Shown here piece by piece: positions 12,644-25,318 of a DNA stretch of 64,000 nt. Position numbers and translations under genes: made by a program. The DNA is taken from the NCBI GenBank assembly GCA_951406725.2, contig OX597818.1, positions 117,366,001-117,430,000 on the forward strand. Direction: 5' to 3'. Origin of the DNA: Octopus vulgaris. Its lineage: Eukaryota. The notes under the pieces are model-generated. The model made no database searches and was not told the origin of the DNA. It saw nothing but the letters and a program-made list of their open reading frames with translations. The first letter of the stretch is position 1. Each line of letters starts with the position of its first letter.

Positions 12644-12872
12644 CATTCGCATACAAATATATATATGCATATATATGTGAGTGTGTGAGAGTGTGAGTGT
12701 ATGTGTTTACATAATTGTCTGTGTACGTGTTTCATTGTGCGAGTGTGTTCGTTTATTTGTGTGTGTATGCGTATGGGCGCCGATTATTTCCTTTAAATTT
12801 AATTGCTCACCGTATTATTAATATATCTACGTCTACATCTATATTTATCTCTGCTCCATATAATAGTGTGCA

Positions 12873-13177
12873 GGCGCAATGGCCCAGTGGTTAGGGCAAT
12901 GGACTCGACTCCGGCAGCGGGTGGTGACGAACCCTTCTGTACTCTTTCACCACAAACTTTCTCTCATTGTTTCTTCCTGTTTCTGCTGTACCTGTATTTC
13001 GAAAGGGGCCAGCCTTGTCATACTCTGTGTCACGCTGAATCTTCCCAAAAACTACGTTAAGGGCACACGTGTCTGTAGAGTGCTCAGCCGCTTGCACGTT
13101 AATTTCACGAGTAGGCTGTTTCGTTGATTCGGATCGGATCAGCTGGAACGCTTGTCGTCGCAACCGACCGAGTGCCA
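12873..13177 (+). mobile_element. SINE family B1 with deletion in the head
   Basis: GGCGCAATGGCCCAGTGGTTAGGGCA A-box head; B tail through CGACCGAGTGCCA. Confidence 0.85.
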
Positions 13178-13231
13178 TGATATTTACTAGTGTCCTTGCT
13201 TCTCATTCTTTGTCTTTCTTCCTCTTGGTCC

Positions 13232-13271
<40 letters not shown>

Positions 13272-13616
13272 CTCTCTTGGTGTCTCTCCCTCCTCACTCA
13301 TATTCTGTCAATCCATGCAGTCAAGATCGTAAACAAAAAACGGTTAGACTCACTTGGAGATACATATACACAGCAACAAACTCGTAGGCAGTTAAGCAAA
13401 CCCACATTCACACAAATAAAAGTACAACATTTTCATACATTTAATATTAGATTTCCCTAATATTTCTTTATCAACATCGCCTACACGCATTTATACGCTT
13501 ACAGAATAAACCAAAGCCTCTTGAACCACAGGAGCACGCTTACTTCCTTACATAAATACAAACACGTATACTATTGCATATCCTTAGATGTCTGTAAGTG
13601 TGTATGTATATATAAC

Positions 13617-13682
<66 letters not shown>

Positions 13683-14124
13683 GTAATGTCTGAACTCAAG
13701 CATTTATGATCCAACAATGACAAAATTATTCGAAGCACGTTGTTTGTCCAGGCTATTAATTTCATTGCAGGAACAATAGAAACCTATAGTAAAATTGTAT
13801 TATTATAGCTTCATTTGTAAAGAAATGTCTTAAGTCTTTCTTCACTTAGATTCGAGCACCTTTACACAGTAACAGTACGCAGTCAGATATACAGATTAAC
13901 AACGACACAAACACGCGTACGCACTTAAATGAAGTGGTTAAAAGAATTCAGATTTCACAGTATACAGGCGATTAACACGGAGATACATTTCTGAGGGTGT
14001 CGAAGTATGATCGTACGTGGAGAAAAGAAGGGCTCTATGAGCGCATGCATGACTGTATGTGTGCATACAAATACACACACTCACACACACATACATACAC
14101 AAATACACGCACAAATGCACACAC

Positions 14125-14380
14125 GCTCCATGAGGCTCCAGCAGAGGTGGTGGTGAACCCTGCTGTACACTTTCGCCACAACTTGCTCTCACTCCTTCTT
14201 CCTGTTTGTGCTGTACCTGTATTGCAAAGGGCCAGCCTTGTCACTCTCTGTCTCACGCTGAATCTCCTCGAGAACTATGTTAAGGGTATACGTGTCTGTG
14301 GAGTACTCAGCCACTTGCACGTCAATGTCATGAGCAGGCTGTTCCATTCATCGGATCAGCTGGAACCCTTGTCGTCGTAA

Positions 14381-14381
<1 letters not shown>
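14125..14381 (+). mobile_element. SINE family B1, 5'-truncated
   Basis: GCTCCATGAGGCTCCAGCAG...GGAACCCTTGTCGTCGTAAC is colinear with the B1 copies. Confidence 0.85.
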
Positions 14382-14469
<88 letters not shown>

Positions 14470-14620
14470 GTACATATATATAATCAGCCGAAATTGCGAG
14501 GATGATCCGGTTCTTGACTGAAGATTAAAGGCTTCGAATCACCTGTCCGTTTTTTGTGTCGTCTATTTGAATGTTTTGCGTTCTTGTCCCATTTTGTATT
14601 TTTATATATATATTTATACA

Positions 14621-14695
<75 letters not shown>

Positions 14696-14724
14696 CGTAT
14701 ATATACATATATATAGAGAGAGAA

Positions 14725-14771
<47 letters not shown>

Positions 14772-15124
14772 TAAATATATAGAGATACATACATGTTTAT
14801 GTGTGTATGCGTGTGTGTGTGTGTAATTTCGTTATGGTAATTCTAAAGAATCAATGGATATCAACGTGTAGAACATGAAAGATGGCTAAGTATGGTCACA
14901 CAAATTACACGGAAATAAAACAGCATCGAAGACTTCAAGTCTTAGCGGAGTACTGTTGATATGCAAGTAGCAAATCCAGTTTATAACTGTAGATCAGAAT
15001 CATCAGTGAATCCTTCATATGGCGTAGGTATAACCCCACCCCACCTGTTTCGGTACTATTATATTTAATGCTAACAAAATTTGATTATATCCATGACAAT
15101 GTTTAAAATTTTACCACTATAAAA

Positions 15125-15212
15125 TTGTATCTGATGATGATGGATTGCGTATTACGATGTAATCTTTTACGAATATATTAGATGAAATGCAATCGAAACA
15201 GCTGTTGTAAAA
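15125..15212 (+). ncRNA. Penelope-type hammerhead ribozyme motif with long loop II
   Basis: CTGATGA at 15131; 8-bp stem II GATTGCGT/ATGCAATC; GAAAC-AGCT-GTT palindromic stem III typical of PLE HHRs; stem I weak and 5 extra nt after the core. Confidence 0.6.
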
Positions 15213-15389
15213 TTTAAAAACCATCTGTGTTAACTTTTTACATTTATATATAGAAACGTGCACACACACACATTCACATTATCTTGAACTCTAAGACCAG
15301 TCCAAAAACCATTGAACCATGACAGAAACAAAAAATCCTTTTGATTCCACAATGCTCTCTCCCACCTCAGAATCAATTAAGCAGAGTAA

Positions 15390-15550
15390 TAGCAGAGTCG
15401 GCAGAGCATCTAACAAAATGCTTCATGCTATTACAACTGGCTCTGTAACTTTTGAATCCAGCCAAAGTAATCTTTTCTTTTTATCCTTTCTGAGTTGATA
15501 AAATAAATTGAATGTGAAGTACTGTGGTCGACTAACGACCTTCCCTCAAA
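15390..15550 (+). mobile_element. SINE family C, highly decayed
   Basis: TTTTATCCTTTCTGAGTTGATAAAATAA...GTACTGTGGTCGAC resembles the family C central domain. Confidence 0.5.
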
Positions 15551-15730
15551 ATATTTGACGTTGCGTAGAAGTCAGATACCATTATTATTATCATTGTTGT
15601 TGCTGTTATTGTTGCTGCTCTTAGAGAGGTGGTGATGGTGGTGAATTTTGCTGACGAATTTGTAACAATGCAACTAAATGTTTCTTTAGTTAATAAGTGT
15701 TTTTGTGAGTGTTGTGACAACATATATCTC

Positions 15731-16156
15731 CAATTCTCAAGAGACTTTCACAAGAATCTTGCTGAATGCATCGTAGCAGTTTTTTGCAGGTCGACAACGT
15801 ATACCGCATATACAATTGTCACTTTCGTCTTCTGCAATCTTTTCTTATAAGTATGTTCTGATATTTCTCGATTTTCCCAATTTCCCCTGCATCTACTTGC
15901 ATATTATATGGCATCGTAAAGTTTATGATTTTCTGTTTTTGTCTTTGGAATGATATATGGCTTTCATACTTCGATAGTATGGTCAATGTTTATGGACAAG
16001 TGCCATAAAATCCCGTAGTTACTATTCACCATCACAAACACTGTTTCGTGACCATACACCTTTTTTTTTGTTACTTTCAATCTATACATTTGACTAACAC
16101 CATAAGGCAACGTTTCAGCAATACACATGCTCATGAATGCTCTTAAACTCTTGTTG
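15731..16156 (-). mobile_element. Decayed R4/Dong-clade LINE, restriction-like endonuclease C-terminal region (pseudogenised)
   Basis: Manual translation across frameshifts: [47 protein letters not shown] / IINFTMPYNMQVDAGEIGKIEKYQNI / KRLQKTKVTIV..VVDLQKTATMHSARFL*KSLE. This follows the R4/Dong pattern RHD..WYEH..ILWD..TD..RPDI..IID..P..E.EK..KY..LQK...ARILRK. Confidence 0.8.
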
Positions 16157-16164
16157 TTTCAGTA

Positions 16165-16224
<60 letters not shown>

Positions 16225-16227
<3 letters not shown>

Positions 16228-16388
16228 GACGGGCTTCTTTCAGTTTCCGTCTACCAAATCCACTCTCAAGGATTTGGTCGGCCCGAGGCTATAGTGGAAG
16301 ACACTTGCCAAAGGTGCCACGCAGTGGGACTGAACCCGGACCATGTGGTTCATAAGCAAGCTACTTACCACACAGCCACTCATGCGCC
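16225..16388 (-). mobile_element. SINE family A, 5' half
   Basis: Well-conserved reverse-complement head ending CACAGCCACTCATGCGCC; embedded in (TA)n. Confidence 0.9.
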
Positions 16389-16392
16389 TTTA

Positions 16393-16455
<63 letters not shown>

Positions 16456-16517
16456 ATGTATATATATATATATGTGTATATATATATATATATATATACA
16501 TATGTATATATATATTT

Positions 16518-16559
<42 letters not shown>

Positions 16560-16975
16560 TCACACACACACATACATTAGTAAATTTGGTTTCTATAAAG
16601 GCAAATGAGCTTTTAAGTATAAGTAGGCAATTATATCGCAAATATTAAAGTTATTGATTATTGTACGTTACACAAATTGCCATACGCATCTCTCCAAAAC
16701 TCTCCAGACATTCAGGCAACACAATATGTTGTTGTTACTATATAACTATACTCTCTACGCTGGAGATCCACTCGTTTGGATGCATCCTTTCATACCAGTA
16801 GTATTTTGTAAGGGTTTTGTTTTCCTCGTACATATATATCTTTACGGAAACTATCCATTTTATAAATGCATGTGAATCGCGAACATCCATATCTATATTA
16901 ACATATGTGTTCGTGTGTTGTGTGCTCTGTGCTGTTGTTATATGTATGCAAACACAAGTATATAAATGTAGTTCG

Positions 16976-17009
<34 letters not shown>

Positions 17010-17261
17010 CGAAACGTGCGTAGTCAATTTAATGTTTGTTTAATTTTGTGATTTTTTAAAATAATATTTATTACAGTATATTTAATTTTTTTAAATATAT
17101 AATATGGATAATGCCTTTCATTATTGAATTATTTAATAGGGGTTATTTCTCTTAAATATCTATCAATGTATGTATGTATGTATGTATGTATGTATGTATG
17201 TATGTATGTATGTATGTATGTATGTATGTATGTATCTATCTATCTATCTATCTGTATGTAC

Positions 17262-17310
<49 letters not shown>

Positions 17311-17631
17311 CTCCATTTATATATATATATCATCATCTCCAAACCTTCCAACATATATATATATATATATGTATGTATGTATATACACAGTCGTGCAAAA
17401 GTAGGTATAGAGTTATGAAAAATAAAGCACGCACAATTCTCATTTCTTTTTCGTAAAAAAAAATTAAAATTTACGATAAAGGTATGATTATAGTTCTGAC
17501 AAATGTATTCTTATGATTAATGACACTGAAAATATGAAAAATGAGGCTCACTACTTTAATGTGCTTATAAGTCTAATGAATTGAATATTATAACATTAAC
17601 ATGATACTGTATACATACGTCTGCATGCCGC

Positions 17632-17692
<61 letters not shown>

Positions 17693-17852
17693 AAAGGATG
17701 TCTAATAATAATTTTCCACATATGCAAAAACAGCCATACCAACAATTCAACAAACCTCCATCATCAGCTGCCCCACGGATATCATTATGATATCGACACC
17801 TGGGCTGTACTATTTAATACATATATGTGTTTGTGTGTGTGTGATGGAGAAA

Positions 17853-18155
<303 letters not shown>

Positions 18156-19016
18156 ACATTGGATGCATAGATGAATTGTTGGATGAATCGATCGATCGGT
18201 GGATAGATGGATGGACAGACGGACAGATAAATAGATCTTGAGATAGATAGATGAATATAGAAGAACAAGTGCATAGATTTGTATCCATTCTTCCAATGAA
18301 TATGCCTGCAGTCACGTATGTGTGTTCGTGTGTTGGTATTCGTTTTATGATCTATTCTTGTCTTATATGTTCATGTCTTTCTGTGTCAGAAAAGAAGCTT
18401 TGTATCTAATCTGCTCACTGTCTCTAGCATCTCTCTCAGTGTCTTTCTCTTCCTCTTTCTCACAGTGTCTATTTCTCGCACTCTTTCATGTTCTTGTTTT
18501 GTCCCAGGCAATCCTCTATTAGACAGGAATGGAGAATCCATACTGATGTCGACAGTAACTTGCCCTATTTAAATTCAGTGTTTGGTATTTTCCAGATAAA
18601 TTATAAATGTAGCATTCGTCGATTCCCTGCTATATTGTATACGTTAGGTCATGAGACTGCGTATACAGAGAGAGAGAGAGAGAGAGAGGGAAAGAGAGAG
18701 AGAGGTGCAGACAGATATACAGACAATAAGGAAGAGAGAGAGAGAAACAGATACAGATAGCCATACAGTCAATAAGAGAGAAAATGAGGGAAAGAGAGAG
18801 ACATAGAAATAGACTGCAAGTCTTGCTAAATGTCATGTGCTCACATGTACACGTGTAACTGTTGAGAAATATATACGAATATGCACTCCTATCTGCGGAT
18901 GTATATGTGTGTATGTGAGTGTTTGTGCGTGTCTATAGGCGTATGTGCATGTGTGTTCGTGCGTATATGTACATACGTAGTGTGTGCGTTATTGGATGTC
19001 TGTATGTTTCGTTGTG

Positions 19017-19344
19017 TGAAGATACGTGGCTTAGTGGTTAGGACATTCGGCTCACGATCCATAAGGACGTGAGTTCAATTCCTGGCGACGCGTTGTGTCC
19101 TTGAGCAAGATACTTTATTTCACCTTCTTCCAGACAACTCAACTGGTAAAAATGAGTAGTACCTTTATTTCAAAGAGGCCAGCCTTGTCAGACTCTTTGT
19201 CACGCTGAATCTCCCTGAGAACTACGTTAAGAGTACACGTGTCTGTGGAGTGCTCAGCCACTTTCAAGTTAATTTCACGGGAAAGCTGTTCTGTTGATCG
19301 TATCAGCTGGGACCCTCGTCGACGTAACCGACCAAGTGCTCCTT
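19017..19344 (+). mobile_element. SINE family B2, full length with TSD
   Basis: A-box TGGCTTAGTGG, B-box GAGTTCAATTCC, CORE-like GTGTCCTTGAGCAAGATACT, B tail; TSD TATGTTTCG(T/C)TGTG at 19003-19016 and 19345-19358. Confidence 0.9.
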
Positions 19345-20804
19345 TATGTTTCGCTGTGCGTGGGAGGTGTATGTGAATGTAAACAGACTAATATATAATC
19401 GGAGACATATATTATTGGATACTTACACACATACACAAACACACACACACACACATGTACACGTATGCTGAACGAAGGTAATAAACGCTTCAAATGACTT
19501 CCACATGGCACCTATCCGACGCTCGAACGATTCTTCCAATCGATAGTGACCCCTAGGCAATGGGCTTTCAGCAGGTTATTGAATAAAATGCCTCGTAGCA
19601 TGCTGAGTTCAAATACCGCCAAAACTGGCGATTATTTTGCCAACGTCTTTAAAATAAAATCGATTACTTTAACGCATCTCAGATGGTAACAAAGGAGTAA
19701 TAAACACAAAACTGTTATGGCGAACATCATGACCCCTGCTGTGAGAATGGACTAGCCGAACTCGTATGAGTAGCAACGTGTTTGATTGAGAGCGAAAGAT
19801 GAGCAATCGGAGGAATGGGGTCCATGCAGCCATTTCATTTCTTCATTTTTTATATAATATTTCATTCCCATTTGTTTTATGTTTTATGTCCCCGTTGTGG
19901 TGTTGTGTCTGTCCTTGTAGGATCCCCCTCTGTGTTGTGGCCGTGGTGCCAAATAAAGAAATAAGATGAGAAATCGGAGGTGGTCGAAAGGTGTCGTTTG
20001 TGAGTTCGTGGAGTCGCAGGAAATTGTTGAGAAGTTGCTATAGTTCGTTGTGAGTTGTTTCCGATTGGTTACAGTTTTTGGTAGAATATTTGAGAATATA
20101 TCAAGTGGAGATAGTTGATGTCTGCCTCGTTCCGTGGTATGGTATATCACACTGTATTAGTGAACGACACTAAGGCGACATATACTGAAACCACATCATA
20201 AAAATAAAAACAGTTTGTGAAGTCCATTTACAGCCAATAAATTATCATTTTTTGTTATTTATATGTGTTCGTGTGTGTATGTAAAGGCGTGTATTTAGTA
20301 AAGAACATACATATTTGTACGTGTGCAATTGTGTTTTCTGTGTAGCTGTGTTTGTTTATGTTTGTAAGTTGATTGTGAGCAGTTCTTGTTGCACATAACC
20401 CTCTACAACCTGTTGCACTACGCATTCGCTAGTGACTAATCCGGTAAATTTGACAATGCCGAGGGTGTTAGAAGGATTAATTTTAGACACCTTGCACGAT
20501 AAGAGAGAAAACCAGTATAAAGACGATGAAACTCAAATGGTTCGACAGCTATCCAACATTTTGCGGATATGAAAATTAAAAAGGTATCCAAAAAGCTTGG
20601 TTTAAAGTGGATAAAGCGGAGTTAACATCATTTCAACCTTTAGAAAGGAAATATCTAACAACGTCGCTGTGGGACACATACCCTAGAGCAGGATACGACA
20701 CAAATATCACACATTCGATCTCACACAGAATCTGTTATACCTGCTCTTGTCTTTGCCAAGTTTCTATTGGTTCAGCGGCGGTTGCAATCGAACATATAAA
20801 AGTA

Positions 20805-20962
20805 CCGTATCTTAATGAATATAAGGAACCCTGTTTTGCCAAAAATTAACTTTAAAAATATAGGTGTTTCTTATACATGGATAGTATTATAATCCCTTAC
20901 AAAACCTTTTTTCCAAATTTTAAACCCCCAAATTAGGGGCTTCCTTATATGTTAAAATACGG
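20805..20962. mobile_element. pogo/Tc2-like MITE
   Basis: Imperfect TIRs CCGTATCTTAATGAATATAAGGAACCC and (rc) CCGTATTTTAACATATAAGGAAGCCC; TA on the left, CA on the right; TA-CCGTAT termini are typical of pogo/Tc2 elements. Confidence 0.7.
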
Positions 20963-21230
20963 CATGTCTTGCAGAGGAACGAAATGAATGAGGGTCTATG
21001 TGTCGTTGTACGACCTGACAGATATATCGTTTATATCTTTATCAATTCACGCTGTAATCACTTAACAATACGAAAGACACATCCACTAATATAGTCCTGG
21101 TTAATTAAACGGAGTGGACATGGCTTGAGCGTCTTTGAAAAATTTCAATATAAACAGTGCATTATTGTAAATAGGGGAGAGACAGAGATACAGATAGATA
21201 AGTTTATGTATATATGTATATGCTTGTATG

Positions 21231-21583
21231 GTGGAGTTGCAATGGCCCAGTGGTGAGATCACGGTTTGAATTCCCAGAGCGGGCGTTGTGAGTGTTTATT
21301 GAGCGAAAATACCTAAAACTCCATGAGACTCCGGCAGGGGGTTGTGGCGAAACATGCCGCAATTTTTCACCACAACTTTCTCTCACTCTTTCTTCCTGTT
21401 TCTGTCGCACCTGCATTTCAAAGGGGCTAGCCTTGTCACACTCTGTGTCACACTGAGTCTCCCCCGAGAACAACGTTAAGGGTACACGTGTCTGTGGAGT
21501 GCTCAGCCAATTACACGTTAAAAGGCTGTTCCGTTGATCGGATCAACTGGAACCCTCGTCGTCGTAACCGACGGAGTGCCACA
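21231..21583 (+). mobile_element. SINE family B1 with TSD
   Basis: Perfect 13-bp TSD ATATGCTTGTATG at 21218-21230 and 21584-21596. Confidence 0.9.
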
Positions 21584-22289
21584 ATATGCTTGTATGTATG
21601 TCAGCATGTGCGCCTGCTTGTGTGTAGTATACATGTATATTGTTTCCACTATACGTTATTACATACATACGTACATACACACGCACAAACCACACAAATA
21701 CCCTCCACATACATACACATGCACATACATACATATATACTCCTGTTGGTAAAGTTTCTCCTCTTCCTATCAAATTTAGTTACTAATGCATTTGAGGTTT
21801 ACCAATAGTACCAACGTGAAATCGACCAAATCTAAAAGAATAACCAATCGTATTCTTTGAGTTACTGCTTAGCGGTTATTCCAGGTCGTGGCATATGAGT
21901 CATGGAGAACAAATTGCGAATACTATAGACCCCCCCCCCACACACACACACTGTATCCATGTGATCGACTGAGCTAACATTTTGGTAACTGTCTCGTGAA
22001 TCTATTATGCAAATTAGCCGGGAAGATGTGTGCATATATTATAGAAAAATCTCATGACATACACATACACACAGACACAAAAGTACACATATGGACGGAC
22101 ACACACAAGTGAACACTCAGGCACGATTTTACATTTATTACTGGGAGGAAAAGAGCATCAAATATACAGTTAAACCAGCCAGTTTGTTTATTTACTGTGA
22201 TGTTTCGTATTAAGTTGTGTTCGCCATAGAATTAATTCTAAAGTAAATACGTGCAATAAATAAAATACTAATAGAAACACAAATGATAC

Positions 22290-22384
22290 TAACAATAATA
22301 ACAAAAATAATAACAACAATAATAATAATAACAATAATAATAATAATAATAATAAGAAGAAGAAGAATGACAATAATAATAATG

Positions 22385-22460
<76 letters not shown>

Positions 22461-22519
22461 CGATAATAATAATAATATAATAATACAAATAATAATAATT
22501 ATTATAATAATAAAAATAA

Positions 22520-22550
<31 letters not shown>

Positions 22551-22647
22551 GTAATGATAATAATAATAATAATAATAATAATAGTAATAATAAAAAATAG
22601 TGATAATGATGATAATAATAATAATGATAATAATAATAATAATAATG

Positions 22648-22692
<45 letters not shown>

Positions 22693-22749
22693 GTAATGAT
22701 CATATTAATAATAATAATGATAACAATAATAATAATAATAATGATAATA

Positions 22750-22796
<47 letters not shown>

Positions 22797-22825
22797 AATA
22801 ATAATAATAGTAATGATAATAATAA
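22290..22825 (+). repeat. (AAT)n/(GAT)n compound microsatellite
   Basis: More than 500 bp of trinucleotide array. Confidence 0.95.
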
Positions 22826-23370
22826 CCTGACCAAAACTTAAAAACAGTGGAATTGTGTGAACCAATGAAAGAGTTCCTTATTTGAATATGGATTCTTTTG
22901 TTGCTGAAATCGTCTGCGCTGCTCAACGTTTTGCGCTGCAATCAATACAAAACGAGATTCCGAACAGCATGCTTTTACTGAGAGGGGATCAAATTGCTAA
23001 CATTTGTCCGAATTTTTATTCTGACTCATCCTCGTACGGCCTCCTATCATGAAGATGATGATCTAGGCTACCATGGGACTTAGAAACATAGAAGAGAGAA
23101 AAGCAAAAAAGAAGAAATGAAGAAAGAAACCACGGTGGGAGTCCACCGGACTGGACCACACTGCGCAAGTGTTCGTGAAATCATGCTGAAATAACATACA
23201 GATAACTTATTGTGTAAATGTTGAAATATATGCGTCAGAACATATGTATGCATATACATACATATATACATATGCACAAATATATATATATATATATATG
23301 CATATATATATGTATATATATGGGTGTGTGTGTATGTATACATATGTGTGTGTGTGTTTGAGTATATGTT

Positions 23371-23525
23371 TGTATTTGTCCCAACATCCCTTGACAAGCA
23401 AAAGAGACTGATTGAATAAGTACCAAGCTTACAAAGGATAAGCCCTGGAGTCAATTTGTTCGACTAAAGGCAGTGCTCCAGCATGGTTGCAACCAAATGA
23501 CTGAAGCAAGTAAAAGAATAAAAGA
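23371..23525 (+). mobile_element. SINE family A 3' part with deletion
   Basis: TGTCCCAACATCCCTTGACAA joined to GCAAAAGAGAC...GTGCTCCAGCATGG...GACTGAAGCAAGTAAAAG. Confidence 0.8.
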
Positions 23526-24124
23526 ATATATATGTGGGGGACTGTCTGTGTGTGTGAATATATATGTGTGTGTGTGCCTGTGTGTGAATATATATATGTG
23601 TGTGTGTATATATATACATGTGTGTATGTGTGTGTGAATATATATATATATGTGTGTGTGTGTAGATATATATTCACACACATACACACACACTCACATA
23701 TGTATCTATGTAGGCAATTTAATATATGCATGTATAAACGTACGCCATATATCCACACTAAGTAATGACAATTATGTATGTTTGTATGTTTGTATGTATG
23801 CATGCAGAACACACATTTTGGCAAAAATGTTACGTAGCAATCTTTCGACATTGATTTCTAAACCCTGCTTTCGATCAGTGGTCCATAAGATACTGAGTTG
23901 GTTTCCTATGTATGATGAATTAGAGTATGAATATTTGTTTTACAATTAATGTACTTTGATAATTGCCTTCAAACGTATGTGTGTATGCATCTATTTAACT
24001 GTATTAAACATATACGTATGTTTGTGCGTGTGTACATTTATTAGTTTGAATGTTTTAAATGGATATTGTAAATATATATATATATATGTTCGTAATTATG
24101 TATGTATGTATCTAGCTATCAAAC

Positions 24125-24173
<49 letters not shown>

Positions 24174-24426
24174 TGTGTGTTTCTGTGTATGTCGGTGTGT
24201 GTGTGTGGGGGGGGTTACATATTCAGGGAGAAAAAACAGACAGAGAGATAGATATATATTCATGTATGCATGTGAATCTTTCTCTTACTTTCAGCGTCAC
24301 AGGTTTTAGAAATGTATATGTTCGCCTATATGTGTTTCTTTGTGCGTGCGTGCGTGTGTGTGTGTGTTTTGTTAATAATACTAGATATGATTACTTCTGG
24401 AAGAATGAGCTATTAAAAAGCGTGCA

Positions 24427-24457
<31 letters not shown>

Positions 24458-24467
24458 GGGGAGGAGT

Positions 24468-24661
24468 GTTCACGAAAAAAAAACAAAAGACGTAGACAAG
24501 TGGTGTACAAAATAAACAGATGCATTAGCATAACGCTCAGGAATTGAAAAAGTCTTTTACGTTTCGAGCCTACGCTCTTCTACAGAAAGGGACACAGAAA
24601 AAAGCAAGGAGAGAAACAAGGAGAGAAAAAAAGTGTGTGTAGTGGCTACCGATCTATCATG
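24468..24661 (-). mobile_element. Penelope-like terminal-repeat fragment with HHR-like motif (24554-24589), copy 1
   Basis: Minus strand cttt-CTGTAGA-a-GAGC gtag GCTC-GAAA-C-GTA-aaag; direct repeat of 25140-25318; flanked by (TA)n. Confidence 0.65.
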
Positions 24662-25139
24662 GCGATATATATATATTATTGAGAGAATTAAAATCTGGCG
24701 ATTCTTTGCACAGTTGAAACAACTAGGTCACTGTAAGCAACTGACGCTTCTATTCCTTCAATAAATATATATGCTCTACACAGGTTCCGCGTTGAAGACG
24801 CCGAATTGCGTATTATACTAGTAGCCAGTATCCCCTACTATACAAGTGTGCTCGTGTCGATATGTTTGTTAGACAATACAGTAGGCAGCTAGTTACAAAT
24901 TATTTATGTAACACTTTTATTTTGGGAGATTATTCAAATAGTATACCCCGATTTATACATATCTGAAACTCGTCGCCATAATTTAAAATTTAGGGTGATG
25001 CTCGATAGACTTTGCATCCCATAACGTTGATTAATACGAAGCGGTGAAGAGTGTAATAAACACGTGAGTCTGTGTGTATATATTCATGTACATGTCAGTG
25101 TCAGTGTTGTGTGTATATGTATATGTATATATAGCGAGA

Positions 25140-25318
25140 GTTCACGAAAAAAACAAAAGACGAAGACAGGCGGCGTATAAAACAAACAGATGTATTAGTA
25201 TAACGCTCAGGATTTGAAACAGTCTTTTACGTTTCGAGCCTACGCTCTTCTACAGAAAGGGACACAGAACAAATCAAGGAGAGAAAAAAATATTTGTAGT
25301 GGCTACCGATCTATCATG
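25140..25318 (-). mobile_element. Penelope-like terminal-repeat fragment with HHR-like motif (25224-25259), copy 2
   Basis: Motif identical to copy 1 and offset by 670 bp; flanking parts diverged. Confidence 0.65.

Noticed and set aside
14482-14600. CTGAAGA...GAA..GTC hammerhead in an insert within (TA)n
   Set aside because: No stem II pairing and no GAAA after the core; probably a repeat fragment, but the ribozyme call is unsupported.
19960-20150. Possible LINE C-terminus on the minus strand (..QLLNNFLRLHEL)
   Set aside because: Similarity too vague to assign.
20397-20480. piggyBac-like mini element (taaCCCTCTA...TAGAAGGAttaa)
   Set aside because: TIR match is short and imperfect; left TTAA is absent.
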